Shown piece after piece: positions 26,680 to 40,400 of a DNA stretch of 64,000 bases. The position numbers and the translations under genes are program-made. Every line of letters starts with the position of its first letter. Position 1 is the first letter of the stretch. The notes beneath the pieces were generated by a model. That model was not told the origin of the DNA. It was given only the letters and a program-made list of their open reading frames with translations, and did no database searches. Source of the DNA: Eledone cirrhosa (taxonomy: Eukaryota); the NCBI GenBank assembly GCA_964016885.1, contig OZ024740.1:214706001-214770000 (forward strand). Direction: 5' to 3'.

Positions 26680-27630
26680 CACCCCTCCACCCCATCACTG
26701 CCCCACCACCACTCCACCAACTCCCCCCACCAATACCCCCCCCCCCCCACACCACTATCCCCCACCTCCCAACCCCATCGCCACCACCATCAGTACCACA
26801 CTACCAACACCACCCCACCATCACACCACATCTACCCCCCCCCCCCCCCACTCCCTTCACACCCCCCCCCCCATCCTCCACCATTCCCCACCACCCTCAC
26901 AACGCCCCCACCATCCTTCACCATCCCACCACCATCACTACCACCACCCCACCACCCCATCGCCAACTCACCACCACCCCACCACCATTACTACCCCCCC
27001 CCCCACCTTCCGCCCACCCTACCCCCACCTCACCATCACCACCCTCACACTATATACATTTAATTCAATTTAACCATTGTCTAAAAGAGAAGTTCACTCT
27101 GGAGACCTTTTTATTGTTATTTTGTTATTTGCCAGTTTGAAGAGGTTGAACGGACAAACAAAAGGATTCCTCTCCCACAATAGAGCTGACATCCTGGTGG
27201 TGGTGGTGGTGGTGGTGGTGACTGTGGTGGTGGTGGTGGTGACTGCGGTGGTGTGATGGAAGAGAAGGAGGTGGTGGTGGTGGTGGTGGTAGTGTGATGG
27301 TGGGGGTGTGATGGAAGAGAAGAGGTGGTGGAGCTGGTGGTGGTGGTGTTGGTGGTGGTGGTGGTGGTGGTGACTGTGGTGGTGTTGGTGGTGGTGGTGG
27401 TGGTGGTGGTGACTGTGGTGGTGTTGGTGGTGGTGGTGATAGTGGTGACTGTAGTGGTGTTGGTTCTGGTGTGGTGGAAGAGAAGGAGGTGGTGGTGGTG
27501 GTGGTGGTGGTAGCAGTGGTGATGGTTGTATTGTTAGTGGTGTTCGAAGTTGTGTGTTATTACTGTGATGGGGATAGCCGTAGTGGCTGTCATGTTGTTG
27601 TTGTTGTTGTTGATAGTGGTGGTGGTAGAG
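26680..27630. repeat. C-rich (CCA)-type tract (26680-27050) facing a G-rich (TGG)n tract (27195-27630)
   Basis: Direct inspection. Confidence 0.85.
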
Positions 27631-27883
27631 GATGAATTACGCATTGAAATACACACACACACACATTATATATATATATATATACATACTCTCTATTTAT
27701 ATAATTTGAATATGACATAACTTTCTCTACCTGTTTTGTTATGTCCCAATGTGTACTGGAATGATTGGTATCGATCTTAAACGGACCAAAACCGCAGTGA
27801 TTTCCAAAAGTTGACTGAAGAGATGGGACTCTCCATCTTTCTATTGTTTTTTTCTATCGTCTTTGTCCTGTGTGCTCCCTATT

Positions 27884-27954
<71 letters not shown>

Positions 27955-27955
<1 letters not shown>

Positions 27956-28583
27956 CAGCACCGTTGGTAGGGGTCGAGCCTGCCAAAGTCCATTTCAACG
28001 TCTGATGACCCTGTAGTTCTGTGTCATTCGTTTGTATTTTTTTTTTTTTTAATCATTTTTAAAGGTTCCCCTTAAAAAACTTGTGTTTTGTTTTGCCTTG
28101 TTTTCGTTCGTTTGTCTTGCCTTGTCTTTGTTAATGTTCATAAGTTTATCATTAATAGTCTGTGCTGAACGTGTTTATCTCTTCTCCCACCTTAATTTAA
28201 ACGATTTACAATTTTTTTAAAACGATATCCTACTTTCTTCTTCATGCTTATTTGCTTTCTTTTTTTTTTTATTTATTTCATTCGTGACTTTCGTGCTATA
28301 AGAGACACCACACTTTTCACTTACATCACATTCAAATTCTATGTGTACTTGCAGCTTAATTGCTATAAATTAAAGTTTTCTCTCTCGTCTCTTCCTCCAC
28401 TGGACTACGTCTGGCTTGTATCAGACGCTGTGACCCCGGCTGGACCAGCAGCAACGCTGGTAGGAGTCGAGACTGCTAAAGTCAATATCAACGGCAGTCC
28501 TTCGTTTGCATTTTTAAAAAATATTTTTTATGGTTTTGTTTTGCCTGGTTTTCGTTCGTTCTCTCTTTGTTAATTTTCCTCAG
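27955..28583 (+). mobile_element. About 1.3 tandem units (period about 490 bp) of the family at 9060-9540
   Basis: CAGCA.CG.TGGTAGG.GTCGAG.CTGC.AAAGTC at about 27956 and 28449. TA-flanked, no ORF. Confidence 0.75.
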
Positions 28584-28662
<79 letters not shown>

Positions 28663-28907
28663 GTGCGTGTGCGTGTGTGTGTGTGTGTGTTAATGCGAGT
28701 CTGTCATGAATGTGTGTATATAATGTTAAATGAACCCCAAAATAAATAAATATATAAATGAATATGTAACATTTTAAAGGTGTATGTTGGGAGCTCCATC
28801 CTTTCTGAGGATGAGTATTCCAGTAGATTCTATCAACGGAACAGCCCTGGTCCTGAAACTAACAAGCATGTGGTAGGGTCTTACTCAGTCACATTAATGT
28901 AGTTAAA

Positions 28908-29255
28908 GGGCGGTGGATTGGCAGTATTGGTAGAGGGTCGGACGCCATGCTTTCCAGCATAGTTACGTCCCTTTACAATCTGAGTTCAAATCCCGCCGAG
29001 GTTGACTTTGCCTTTCATCCTTACGGCGTGGATAAAATAAAGTACCAGTAATGCACTGGGTTTTTGCTGGCCTTGTGCCTAAAGTAGAAACAATTCATGT
29101 AATTAAACTGTTCGACTCACAATCATAAGATCATGAGTTTGACTCCCGGTGGAGCGTTGTGTCCTTGAACAAGACACTTTATTTCATGTGGCTCTATCTT
29201 CAACTCAGCTGGAAAGAAAAAAGATTTCTACCTGCAATTCAAAAGGCTAGCCTTG
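28908..29255 (+). mobile_element. Deu/Nin-type SINE (28908-29095) followed by a Meta-domain SINE (29105-29255)
   Basis: B-boxes GAGTTCAAATCC and GAGTTTGACTCC; GTGTCCTTGAACAAGACACTTTATTTCA. Confidence 0.85.
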
Positions 29256-29685
29256 TCAGACAGCCTTGTCACATACTGTATCATACAGCCTTGTCACATT
29301 GTCTTGTCACACAGCCTTGTCACAGTGTGTCACACAGCCATGTCCCATACGGTATCACACAGCCTTGTCACACAGTGTCACACAGCCTTGTCACATACTG
29401 TATCACACAGCCTTGTAACACACTCTGTCACACAGCCTTGTCACATACTGTATCACACACACAGCCTTGCCACATACTGTATCACACAGCCTTGTCACAC
29501 AACCTTGTCACACAGTCATGTCACATACTGTAACACACAACCTTGTCACACACTGTCACACACTGTGTCACAGCCTTGTCACATACTCCGTCACAAAGTG
29601 TGTTGCACAGTGTGTTACACAGCCTTGACACACACTATGTCACAAACTGTGTTGCACAGTGTGTTACACAGCCTTGTCACACACA
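29250..29685. repeat. Minisatellite (CACAGCCTTGTCACA.ACTGT.T) expanded from SINE body
   Basis: Continues directly from the SINE at AGCCTTGTCA. Confidence 0.85.
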
Positions 29686-29877
29686 TTAATATAGAGAGAG
29701 ATCAATTCGATTCAATATTTCAGATGAGCCCCAGAATGGCCGTAACAGGACATCGATCTATCCTATATGATTAATTAAAGACGCTCGTATTTGACGATTT
29801 TCCATGCAATTCTCATCAACTAAATTTCACGCACAAGGATGAATTCAATGCTACGTAAACGACACCCAAGATACTGC

Positions 29878-31392
29878 AGATCTAGGTTGAACCCAGCACT
29901 ATGGGGCTGCAAAGTGGCGGATCTAGATTGATCCCAGCACTAAGAGGCTATAAAGTGGCGGATCTAGATTGATCCCAGCACTATGGGGCTATAAAGTGGC
30001 GGATCTAGATTGAACCCAGCACTATGGGGCTGTAAAGTGGCAGATCAAGATTGAACCCAGCACTATGGGGCTATAAAGAAGTGGATCAAGATTAAACCCA
30101 GCACTATGGGGCTGTAAAGTGGCGGATGAAGATTGAACCCAGCACTATGGGGCTGTAAAGTGGCGGATCAAGATTGAACCCAGCATTATGGGGCTATAAA
30201 GTGGCGGATCAAGATTGAACCCAGCACTATGGGGCTATAAAGTGGCGGATCAAGATTAAACCCAGCACTATGGGGCTATAAAGTGGCGGATCAAGATTGA
30301 ACCCAGCACTATGGGGCTATAAAGTGGCGAATCAAGATTGAACCCAGCACTATGGGGCTGTAAAGTGGCGGATCAAGATTGAACCCAGCACTATGGGGCT
30401 ATAAAGTGGCGGATCAAGATTAAACCCAGCACTATGGGGCTATAAAGTGGCGGATCAAGATTGAACCCAGCACTATGGGGCTATAAAGTGGCGGATCAAG
30501 ATTAAACCCAGCACTATGGGGCTATAAAGTGGCGGATCAAGATTGAACCCAGCACTATGGGGCTATAAAGTGGCGGATCAAGATTAAACCCAGCACTATG
30601 GGGCTATAAAGTGGCGGATCAAGATTGAACCCAGCACTATGGGGCTATAAAGTGGCGAATCAAGATTGAACCCAGCACTATGGGGCTGTAAAGTGGCGGT
30701 TCAAGATTGAACCCAGCACTATGGGGCTGTAAAGTGGCGGCTCAAGATTGAACCCAGCACTATGGGGCTATAAAGTGGCGGATCAAGATTAAACCCAGCA
30801 CTATGGGGCTATAAAGTGGCGGATCAAGATTGAACCCAGCACTATGGGGCTATAAAGTGGCGGATCAAGATTAAACCCAGCACTATGGGGCTATAAAGTG
30901 GCGGATCAAGATTGAACCCAGCACTATGGGGCTATAAAGTGGCGAATCAAGATTGAACCCAGCACTATGGGGCTGTAAAGTGGCGGATCAAGATTGAACC
31001 CAGCACTATGGGGCTATAAAGTGGCGGATCAAGATTAAACCCAGCACTATGGGGTTATAAAGTGGCAGATCAAGATTGAACCCAGCACTATGGGGCTATA
31101 AAGTGGCGAATCAAGATTGATCCCAGCACTATGGGGCTGTAAAGTGGCGGATCAAGATTGAACCCAGCACTATGGGGCTATAAAGTGGCGGATCAAGATT
31201 AAACCCAGCACTATGGGGCTGTAAAGTGGCGGATCAAGATTGAACCCAGCACTATGGGGCTATAAAGTGGCGGATCAAGATTAAACCCAGCACTATGGGG
31301 CTATAAAGTGGCGGATCAAGATTGAACCCAGCACTATGGGGCTATAAAGTGGCGGATCAAGATTGAACCCAGCACTATGGGGCTGTAAAGTG
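29878..31392. repeat. 41-bp tandem satellite, about 37 copies
   Basis: Unit GATTGAACCCAGCACTATGGGGCTATAAAGTGGCGGATCAA, period measured 30181 to 30222. Confidence 0.97.
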
Positions 31393-31454
31393 AACTTCTC
31401 CATTGAAGAGGCCTACATATCCACACATGTATGTGTAGAAATTTATGTGTGAAA

Positions 31455-34140
31455 GGGTTGTATGTGTGTGGGGAATAGTATGTACAAAGACTTTATATCT
31501 GTGGGGTTGTATGTGTGTGGGCGGCGGGGAGTATGTACAAAGACTTTATATCTGTGGGGTTGTATGTGCGTGTGTGTGGGGGGGGGAGTAGCATGTGCAA
31601 GGACTGCATATCTGCGGGGTTGTATGTGTGTGGGCGGCGGGGAGTATGTACAAGGACGTTATATCTGTGGGGTTGTATGTGTGTGGGCGGCGGGGAGTAT
31701 GTACAAGGTCGTTATATCTGTGGGGTTGTATGTGTGTGGGCGGCGGGGAGTATGTACAAGGACGTTATATCTGTGGGGTTGTATGTGTATGGGCGGCGGG
31801 GAGTATGTACAAGGTCGTTATATCTGTGGGGTTGTATGTGTGTGGGCGGCGGGGAGTATGTACAAGGTCGTTATATCTGTGGGGTTGTATGTGTGTGGGC
31901 GGCGGGGAGTATGTACAAGGACGTTATATCTGTGGGGTTGTATGTGTGTGGGCGGCGGGGAGTATGTACAAGGACGTTATATATGTGGGGTTGTATGTGT
32001 GTGGGCGGCGGGGAGTATGTACAAGGACGTTATATATGTGGGGTTGTATGTGTGTGGGCGGCGGGGAGTATGTACAAGGTCGTTATATCTGTGGGGTTGT
32101 ATGTGTATGGGCGGCGGGGAGTATGTACAAGGACGTTATATATGTGGGGTTGTATGTGTGTGGGCGGCGGGGAGTATGTACAAGGTCGTTATATCTGTGG
32201 GGTTGTATGTGTATGGGCGGCGGGGAGTATGTACAAGGACGTTATATATGTGTGGTTGTATGTGTATGGGCGGCGGGGAGTATGTACAAGGTCGTTATAT
32301 CTGTGGGGTTGTATGTGTGTGGGCGGCGGGGAGTATGTACAAGGACGTTATATCTGTGGGGTTGTATGTGTATGGGCGGCGGGGAGTATGTACAAGGACG
32401 TTATATCTGTGGGGTTGTATGTGTGTGGGCGGCGGGGAGTATGTACAAGGTCGTTATATCTGTGGGGTTGTATGTGTGTGGGCGGCGGGGAGTATGTACA
32501 AGGACGTTATATCTGTGGGGTTGTATGTGTATGGGCGGCGGGGAGTATGTACAAGGACGTTATATATGTGGGGTTGTATGTGTGTGGGCGGCGGGGAGTA
32601 TGTACAAGGTCGTTATATCTGTGGGGTTGTATGTGTGTGGGCGGCGGGGAGTATGTACAAGGTCGTTATATCTGTGGGGTTGTATGTGTGTGGGGGGCGG
32701 GGAGTATGTACAAGGTCGTTATATCTGTGGGGTTGTATGTGTATGGGCGGCGGGGAGTATGTACAAGGACGTTATATATGTGGGGTTGTATGTGTGTGGG
32801 CGGCGGGGAGTATGTACAAGGACGTTATATATGTGGGGTTGTATGTGTATGGCGGCGGGGAGTATGTACAAGGACGTTATATCTGTGGGGTTGTATGTGT
32901 GTGGGCGGCGGGGAGTATGTACAAGGACGTTATATCTGTGGGGTTGTATGTGTATGGGCGGCGGGGAGTATGTACAAGGACGTTATATCTGTGGGGTTGT
33001 ATGTGTGTATGGCGGCGGGGAGTATGTACAAGGACGTTATATATGTGGGGTTGTATGTGTATGGGCGGCGGGGAGTATGTACAAGGACGTTATATCTGTG
33101 GGGTTGTATGTGTGTGGGCGGCGGGGAGTATGTACAAGGTCGTTATATCTGTGGGGTTGTATGTGTGTGGGCGGCGGGGAGTATGTACAAGGACGTTATA
33201 TCTGTGGGGTTGTATGTGTATGGGCGGCGGGGAGTATGTACAAGGACGTTATATATGTGGGGTTGTATGTGTGTGGGCGGCGGGGAGTATGTACAAGGTC
33301 GTTATATCTGTGGGGTTGTATGTGTATGGGCGGCGGGGAGTATGTACAAGGACGTTATATATGTGGGGTTGTATGTGTGTGGGCGGCGGGGAGTATGTAC
33401 AAGGACGTTATATATGTGGGGTTGTATGTGTATGGCGGCGGGGAGTATGTACAAGGACGTTATATAAGTGGGGTTGTATGTGTGTATGGCGGCGGGGAGT
33501 ATGTACAAGGACGTTATATCTGTGGGGTTGTATGTGTGTGGGCGGCGGGGAGTATGTACAAGGACGTTATATCTGTGGGGTTGTATGTGTATGGGCGGCG
33601 GGGAGTATGTACAAGGTCGTTATATCTGTGGGGTTGTATGTGTATGGGCGGCGGGGAGTATGTACAAGGACGTTATATCTGTGGGGTTGTATGTGTATGG
33701 GCGGCGGGGAGTATGTACAAGGACGTTATATAAGTGGGGTTGTATGTGTGTATGGCGGCGGGGAGTATGTACAAGGTCGTTATATCTGTGGGGTTGTATG
33801 TGTATGGGCGGCGGGGAGTATGTACAAGGAGGTTATATATGTGGGGTTGTATGTGTGTGGGCGGCGGGGAGTATGTACAAGGACGTTATATATGTGGGGT
33901 TGTATATGTGTGGGGGGGGGTTAGTTGTGCAAGAGCTGTATATCTGCGGGGGTGGTATATGTGTGGAGGGGGAGTAGCATGTGCAAGAGCTGTATATCTG
34001 TGGGGGTTGTATGTGTGGGGGTGGGAGTGGTAGTATGTTTGGGGCTGTATATGTGTGGGGTTGTATGAGTGTGTGAGGGGAGTATATAAAGGGGGCGTAT
34101 ATCTGTGGGGTTGTATATATTATAGGGTTATATGTGTGTG
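31455..34140. repeat. 53-bp G-rich tandem satellite (homogeneous core about 31615-33905)
   Basis: Unit GTGGGGTTGTATGTGTGTGGGCGGCGGGGAGTATGTACAAGGACGTTATATCT, degenerate edges. Confidence 0.97.
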
Positions 34141-34162
34141 TGTGTACTCGCATTAATCTAAT

Positions 34163-34340
34163 ATAATTGTTTCTACTTTAGGCACAAGGCCAGCAATTAT
34201 CCAGTGCATTACTGGTACTTTATTTTATCGACCCCGTAAGGATGAAAGGCAAAGTCAACCTCGGCGGGATTTGAACTCAGATCATAAAGGGACGTAACTC
34301 TATGCTTCAAAGCATGGCATCCGACCCTTACCGATACTGA
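34163..34340 (-). mobile_element. Deu/Nin-type SINE (deleted subfamily)
   Basis: Closely similar to 11271-11460. Confidence 0.9.
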
Positions 34341-34423
34341 TATAACGAAATCTAATATAATGACATGAAACTAACTGAATATTTTTTAAATATGAAATAT
34401 ATACAGCAAAATAAATATATATC

Positions 34424-37400
34424 CTGTATTCCAATGTATTCCAATGTATATCAATGTATTCCAATGTATATCAATGTATATCAATGTATTCCAATGTATA
34501 TCAATGTATATCAATGTATTCCAATGTATATCAATGTATTCCAATGTATATCAATGTATATCAATGTATATCAATGTATATCAATGTATTCCAATGTATT
34601 CCAATGTATTCCAATGTATTCCAATGTATATCAATGTATATCAATGTATTCCAATGTATATCAATGTATATCAATGTATTCCAATGTAAATCAATGTATA
34701 TCAATGTATTCCAATGTATATCAATGTATTCCAATGTATTCCAATGTATTCCAATGTATATCAATGTATTCCAATGTATTCCAATGTATATCAATGTATT
34801 CCAATGTATTCCAATGTATATCAATGTATATCAATGTATATCAATGTATATCAATGTATTCCAATGTATATCAATGTATATCAATGTATATCAATGTATA
34901 TCAATGTATATCAATGTATTCCAATGTATATCAATGTATTCCAATGTATTCCAATGTATATCAATGTATTCCAATGTATTCCAATGTATATCAATGTATA
35001 TCAATGTATATCAATGTATTCCAATGTATTCCAATGTATATCAATGTATTCCAATGTATTCCAATGTATATCAATGTATTCCAATGTATATGAATATATA
35101 TCAATGTATTCCAATGTATTCCAATGTATATCAATGTATTCCAATGTATTCCAATGTATTCCAATGTATATCAATGTATATCAATGTATATCAATGTATT
35201 CCAATGTATATCAATGTATATCAATGTATATCAATGTATATCAATGTATTCCAATGTATTCCAATGTATATCAATGTATTCCAATGTATATCAATGTATT
35301 CCAATGTATTCCAATGTATATCAATGTATTCCAATGTATTCCAATGTATATCAATGTATTTCAATGTATATCAATGTATTCCAATGTATTCCAATAAATA
35401 TCAATGTATTCCAATGTATATCAATGTATTCCAATGTATTCCAATGTATATCAATGTATTCCAATGTATATCAATGTATTCCAATGTATTCCAATGTATT
35501 CCAATGTATATCAATGTATTCCAATGTATATCAATGTATTCCAATGTATATCAATGTATTCCAATGTATATCAATGTATATCAATGTATTCCAATGTATA
35601 TCAATGTATTCCAATGTATATCAATGTATATCAATGTATTCCAATGTATTCCAATGTATATCAATGTATATCAATGTATTCCAATGTATATCAATGTATA
35701 TCAATGTATATCAATGTATATCAATGTATTCCAATGTATTCCAAAGTATATCAATGTATTCCAATGTATATCAATGTATTCCAATGTATATTAATGTATT
35801 CCAATGTATTCCAATGTATTCCAATATATATCATTGTATTCCAATGTATTCCAATGTATATCAATGTATATCAATATATATCAATATATTCCAATGTATT
35901 CCAATGTATATCAATGTATTCCAATGTATATCAATGTATATCAATATATATCAATGTATTCCAATGTATTCCAATGTATATCAATGTATATCAATGTATA
36001 TCAATGTATTCCAATGTATATTAATGTATTCCAATGTATTCCAATGTATTCCAATATATATCATTGTATTCCAATGTATTCCAATGTATATCAATGTATA
36101 TCAATATATATCAATATATTCCAATGTATTCCAATGTATATCAATGTATTCCAATGTATATCAATGTATTCCAATGTATTCCAATGTATATCAATGTATA
36201 TCATTATATATCAATGTATTCCAATGTATTCCAATGTATATCAATGTATATCAATGTATATCAATGTATTCCAATGTATTCCAATGTATATCAATGTATA
36301 TCAATATATATCAATGTATTCCAATGTATTCCAATGTATTCCAATGTATATCAATGTATTCCAATGTATATTAATGTATTCCAATGTATTCCAATGTATT
36401 CCAATATATATCATTGTATTCCAATGTATTCCAATGTATATCAATGTATATCAATGTATAGCAATGTATATCAATGTATTCCAATGTATTCCAATGTATA
36501 TCAATGTAATCCAATGTATATCAATGTATTCCAATGTATATTAATGTATTCCAATGTATTCCAATGTATTCCAATGTATATCATTGTATTCCAATGTATT
36601 CCAATGTATATCAATGTATATCAATATATATCAATATATTCCAATGTATTCCAATGTATATCAATGTATTCCAATGTATATCAATATATTCCAATGTATT
36701 CCAATGTATATCAATGTATTCCAATGTATATCAATGTATTCCAATGTATTCCAATGTATATCAATGTATATCAATATATATCAATTTATTCCAATGTATT
36801 CCAATGTATATCAATGTATATCAATGTATTCCAATGTATTCCAATGTATATCAATGTATATCAATATATATCAATGTATTCCAATGTATTCCAATGTATA
36901 TCAATGTAAGCCAATGTATATCAATCTATTCCAATGTATTCCAATATATATCAATGTATTCCAATGTATTCCAATGTAGTCCAATGTATATCAATGTATA
37001 TCAATGTATTCCAATGTATTCCAATGTATATCAATGTATTCCATTGTATTCCAATGTATTCCAATGTATATCAATGTATTCCAATGTATATAAATGTATA
37101 TCAACGTATTCCAATGTATATCAATGTATATCAATGTATATCAATGTATTCCAATGTATTCCAATGTATTCCAATGTATATCAATGTATGTCAATGTATA
37201 TCAATGTATTCCAATGTATATCAATGTATTCCAATGTATATCAATGTATTCCAATGTATATCAATGTATATCAATGTATATCAATTTATTCCAATGTATA
37301 TCAATGTATTCCAATGTATTCCAATGTATTCCAATGTATATCAATGTATTCCAATGTATTCCAATGTATATCAATGTATTCCAATGTATATCACTGTATT

Positions 37401-40400
37401 CCAATGTATATCAATGTATATCAATGTATTCCAATGTATATCAATGTATATCAATGTATTCCAATGTATATCAATGTATATCAATGTATAACAATGTATT
37501 CCAATGTATTCCAATGTATATCAATGTATTCCAATGTATATCAATGTATATCAATGTATATCAATGTATTCCAATGTATTCCAATGTATATCAATGTATT
37601 CCAATGTATATCAATGTATTCCAATGTATATCAATGTATATCAATGTATATCAATGTATATATAGTATTCCAATGTATATCAATGTATTCCAATGTATAT
37701 CAATGTATATCAATGTATATCAATGTATTCCAATGTATATCAATGTATATCAATGTATTCCAATGTATATCAATGTATTCCAATGTATATCGATGTATAT
37801 CAATGTATTCCAATGTATTCCAATGTATACCAATGTATATCAATGTATTCCAATGTATATCAATGTATATCAATGTATTCCAATCTATATCAATGTATAT
37901 CAATGTTTATCAATGTATTCCAATGTATTCCAATGTATATCAATGTATTCCAATGTATATCAATGTATATCAATGTATATCAATGTATTCCAATGTATTC
38001 CAATGTATATCAATGTATTCCAATGTATATCAATGTATATCAATATATTCCAATGTATTCCAATGTATATCAATGTATATCAATGTATTCCAATGTATTC
38101 CAATGTATATCAAAATATTCCAATGTATATCAATGTATATCAATGTATATCAATGTATTCCAATGTATATCAATGTATATCAATGTATTCCAATGTATTC
38201 CAATGTATATCAATGTATTCCAATGTATTCCAATGTATATCAATGTATGCCAATGTATATCAATTTATATCAATGTATATCAATGTATTCCAATGTATTC
38301 CAATGTATATCAATGTATATCAATATATATCAATGTATTCCAATGTATTCCTATGTATATCAATGTATTCCAATGTATATCAATGTATTCCAATGTGTAT
38401 CAATGTATTCCAATGTATATCAATGTATATCAATGTATTCCAATGTATATCAATGTATATCAATGTATATCAATGTATTCCAATGTATATCAATGTATTC
38501 CAATGTATATCAATGTATTCCAATGTATATCAATGTATATCAATGTATTCCAATGTATATCAATATATATCAATGTATATCAATGTATTCCAATGTATTC
38601 CAATGTATATCAATGTATTCCAATGTATTCCAATGTATATCAATGTATTCCAATGTATTCCAGTGTATATCAATGTATTCCAATGTATATCAATGTATTC
38701 CAATGTATATCAATGTATATCAATGTATTCCTTGTATTCCAATGTATATCAATGTATATCAATGTATTCCTTGTATTCCAATGTATACCAATGTATATCA
38801 ATGTATTCCAATGTATATCAATGTATATCAATGTATTCCAATGTATATCAATGTATATCAATGTATATCAATGTATATCAATGTATTCCAATGTATATCA
38901 ATGTATTCCAATGTATATCAATGTATTCCAATGTATTCCAATGTATATCAATGTATATCAATGTATTCCAATGTATATCAATGTATATCAATGTATATCA
39001 ATGTATATCAATGTATTCCAATGTATTCCAATGTATATCAATGTATTCCAATGTATATCAATGTATTCCAATGTATATCAATGTATATCAATGTATATCA
39101 ATGTATATCAATGTATTCCAATGTATATCAATATATATCAATGTATTCCAATGTATTCCAATGTATATCAATGTATTCCAATGTATATCAATGTATATCA
39201 ATGTATATCAATATATATCAATGTATTCCAATGTATTCCAATGTATTCCAATGTATATCAATATATTCCAATATATATCAATGTATTCCAATGTATATCA
39301 ATATATATCAATGTATTCCAATGTATTCCAATGTATATCAATATATTCCAATGTATATCAATGTATTCCAATGTATATCAATATATATCAATGTATTCCA
39401 ATGTATTCCAATGTATATCAATGTATTCCAATGTATATCAATGTATTCCAATGTATATCAATGTATTCCAATGTATATCAATGTATATCAATATATATCA
39501 ATGTATTCCAATGTATTCCAATGTATATCAATGTATTCCAATGTATATTAATGTATATCAATGTATATCAATGTATTCCAATGTATATCAATGTATATCA
39601 ATGTATATCAATGTATTCCAATGTATATCAATGTATTCCAATGTATATCAATGTATATCAATGTATTCCAATGTATATCAATGTATATCAATGTATTCCA
39701 ATGTATATCAATGTATATCAATGTATTCCAATGTATATCAATGTATATCAATGTATTCCAATGTACATCAATGTATATCAATGTATTCCAATGTATATCA
39801 ATGTATATCAATGTATATCAATGTATTCCAATGTATATCAATGTATTCCAATGTATATCAATGTATTCCAATGTATATCAATATATATCAATGTATTCCA
39901 ATGTATATCAATGTATATCAATGTATTCCAATATATTCCAATATATATCAATGTATTCCAATGTATTCCAATGTATTCCAATGTATATCAATGTATTCCA
40001 ATGTATATCAATGTATTCCAATGTATATCAATGTATATCAATGTATATCAATGTATTTCAATGTATTCCAATGTATTCCAATGTATATCAATGTATATCA
40101 ATGTATTCCAATGTATATCAATGTATATCAATGTATTCCAATGTATATCAATGTATATCAATGTATTCCAATGTACATCAATGTATATCAATGTATTCCA
40201 ATGTATATCAATGTATATCAATGTATATCAATGTATTCCAATGTATATCAATGTATTCCAATGTATATCAATGTATTCCAATGTATATCAATATATATCA
40301 ATGTATTCCAATGTATATCAATGTATATCAATGTATATCAATGTATTCCAATATATTCCAATGTATATCAATGTATTCCAATGTATATCAATGTATATCA

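Noticed and set aside
31462-33977. 650-820 aa Cys/Gly-rich ORFs
   Set aside because: 53-bp repeat cycling through the frames; no domain or codon signal.
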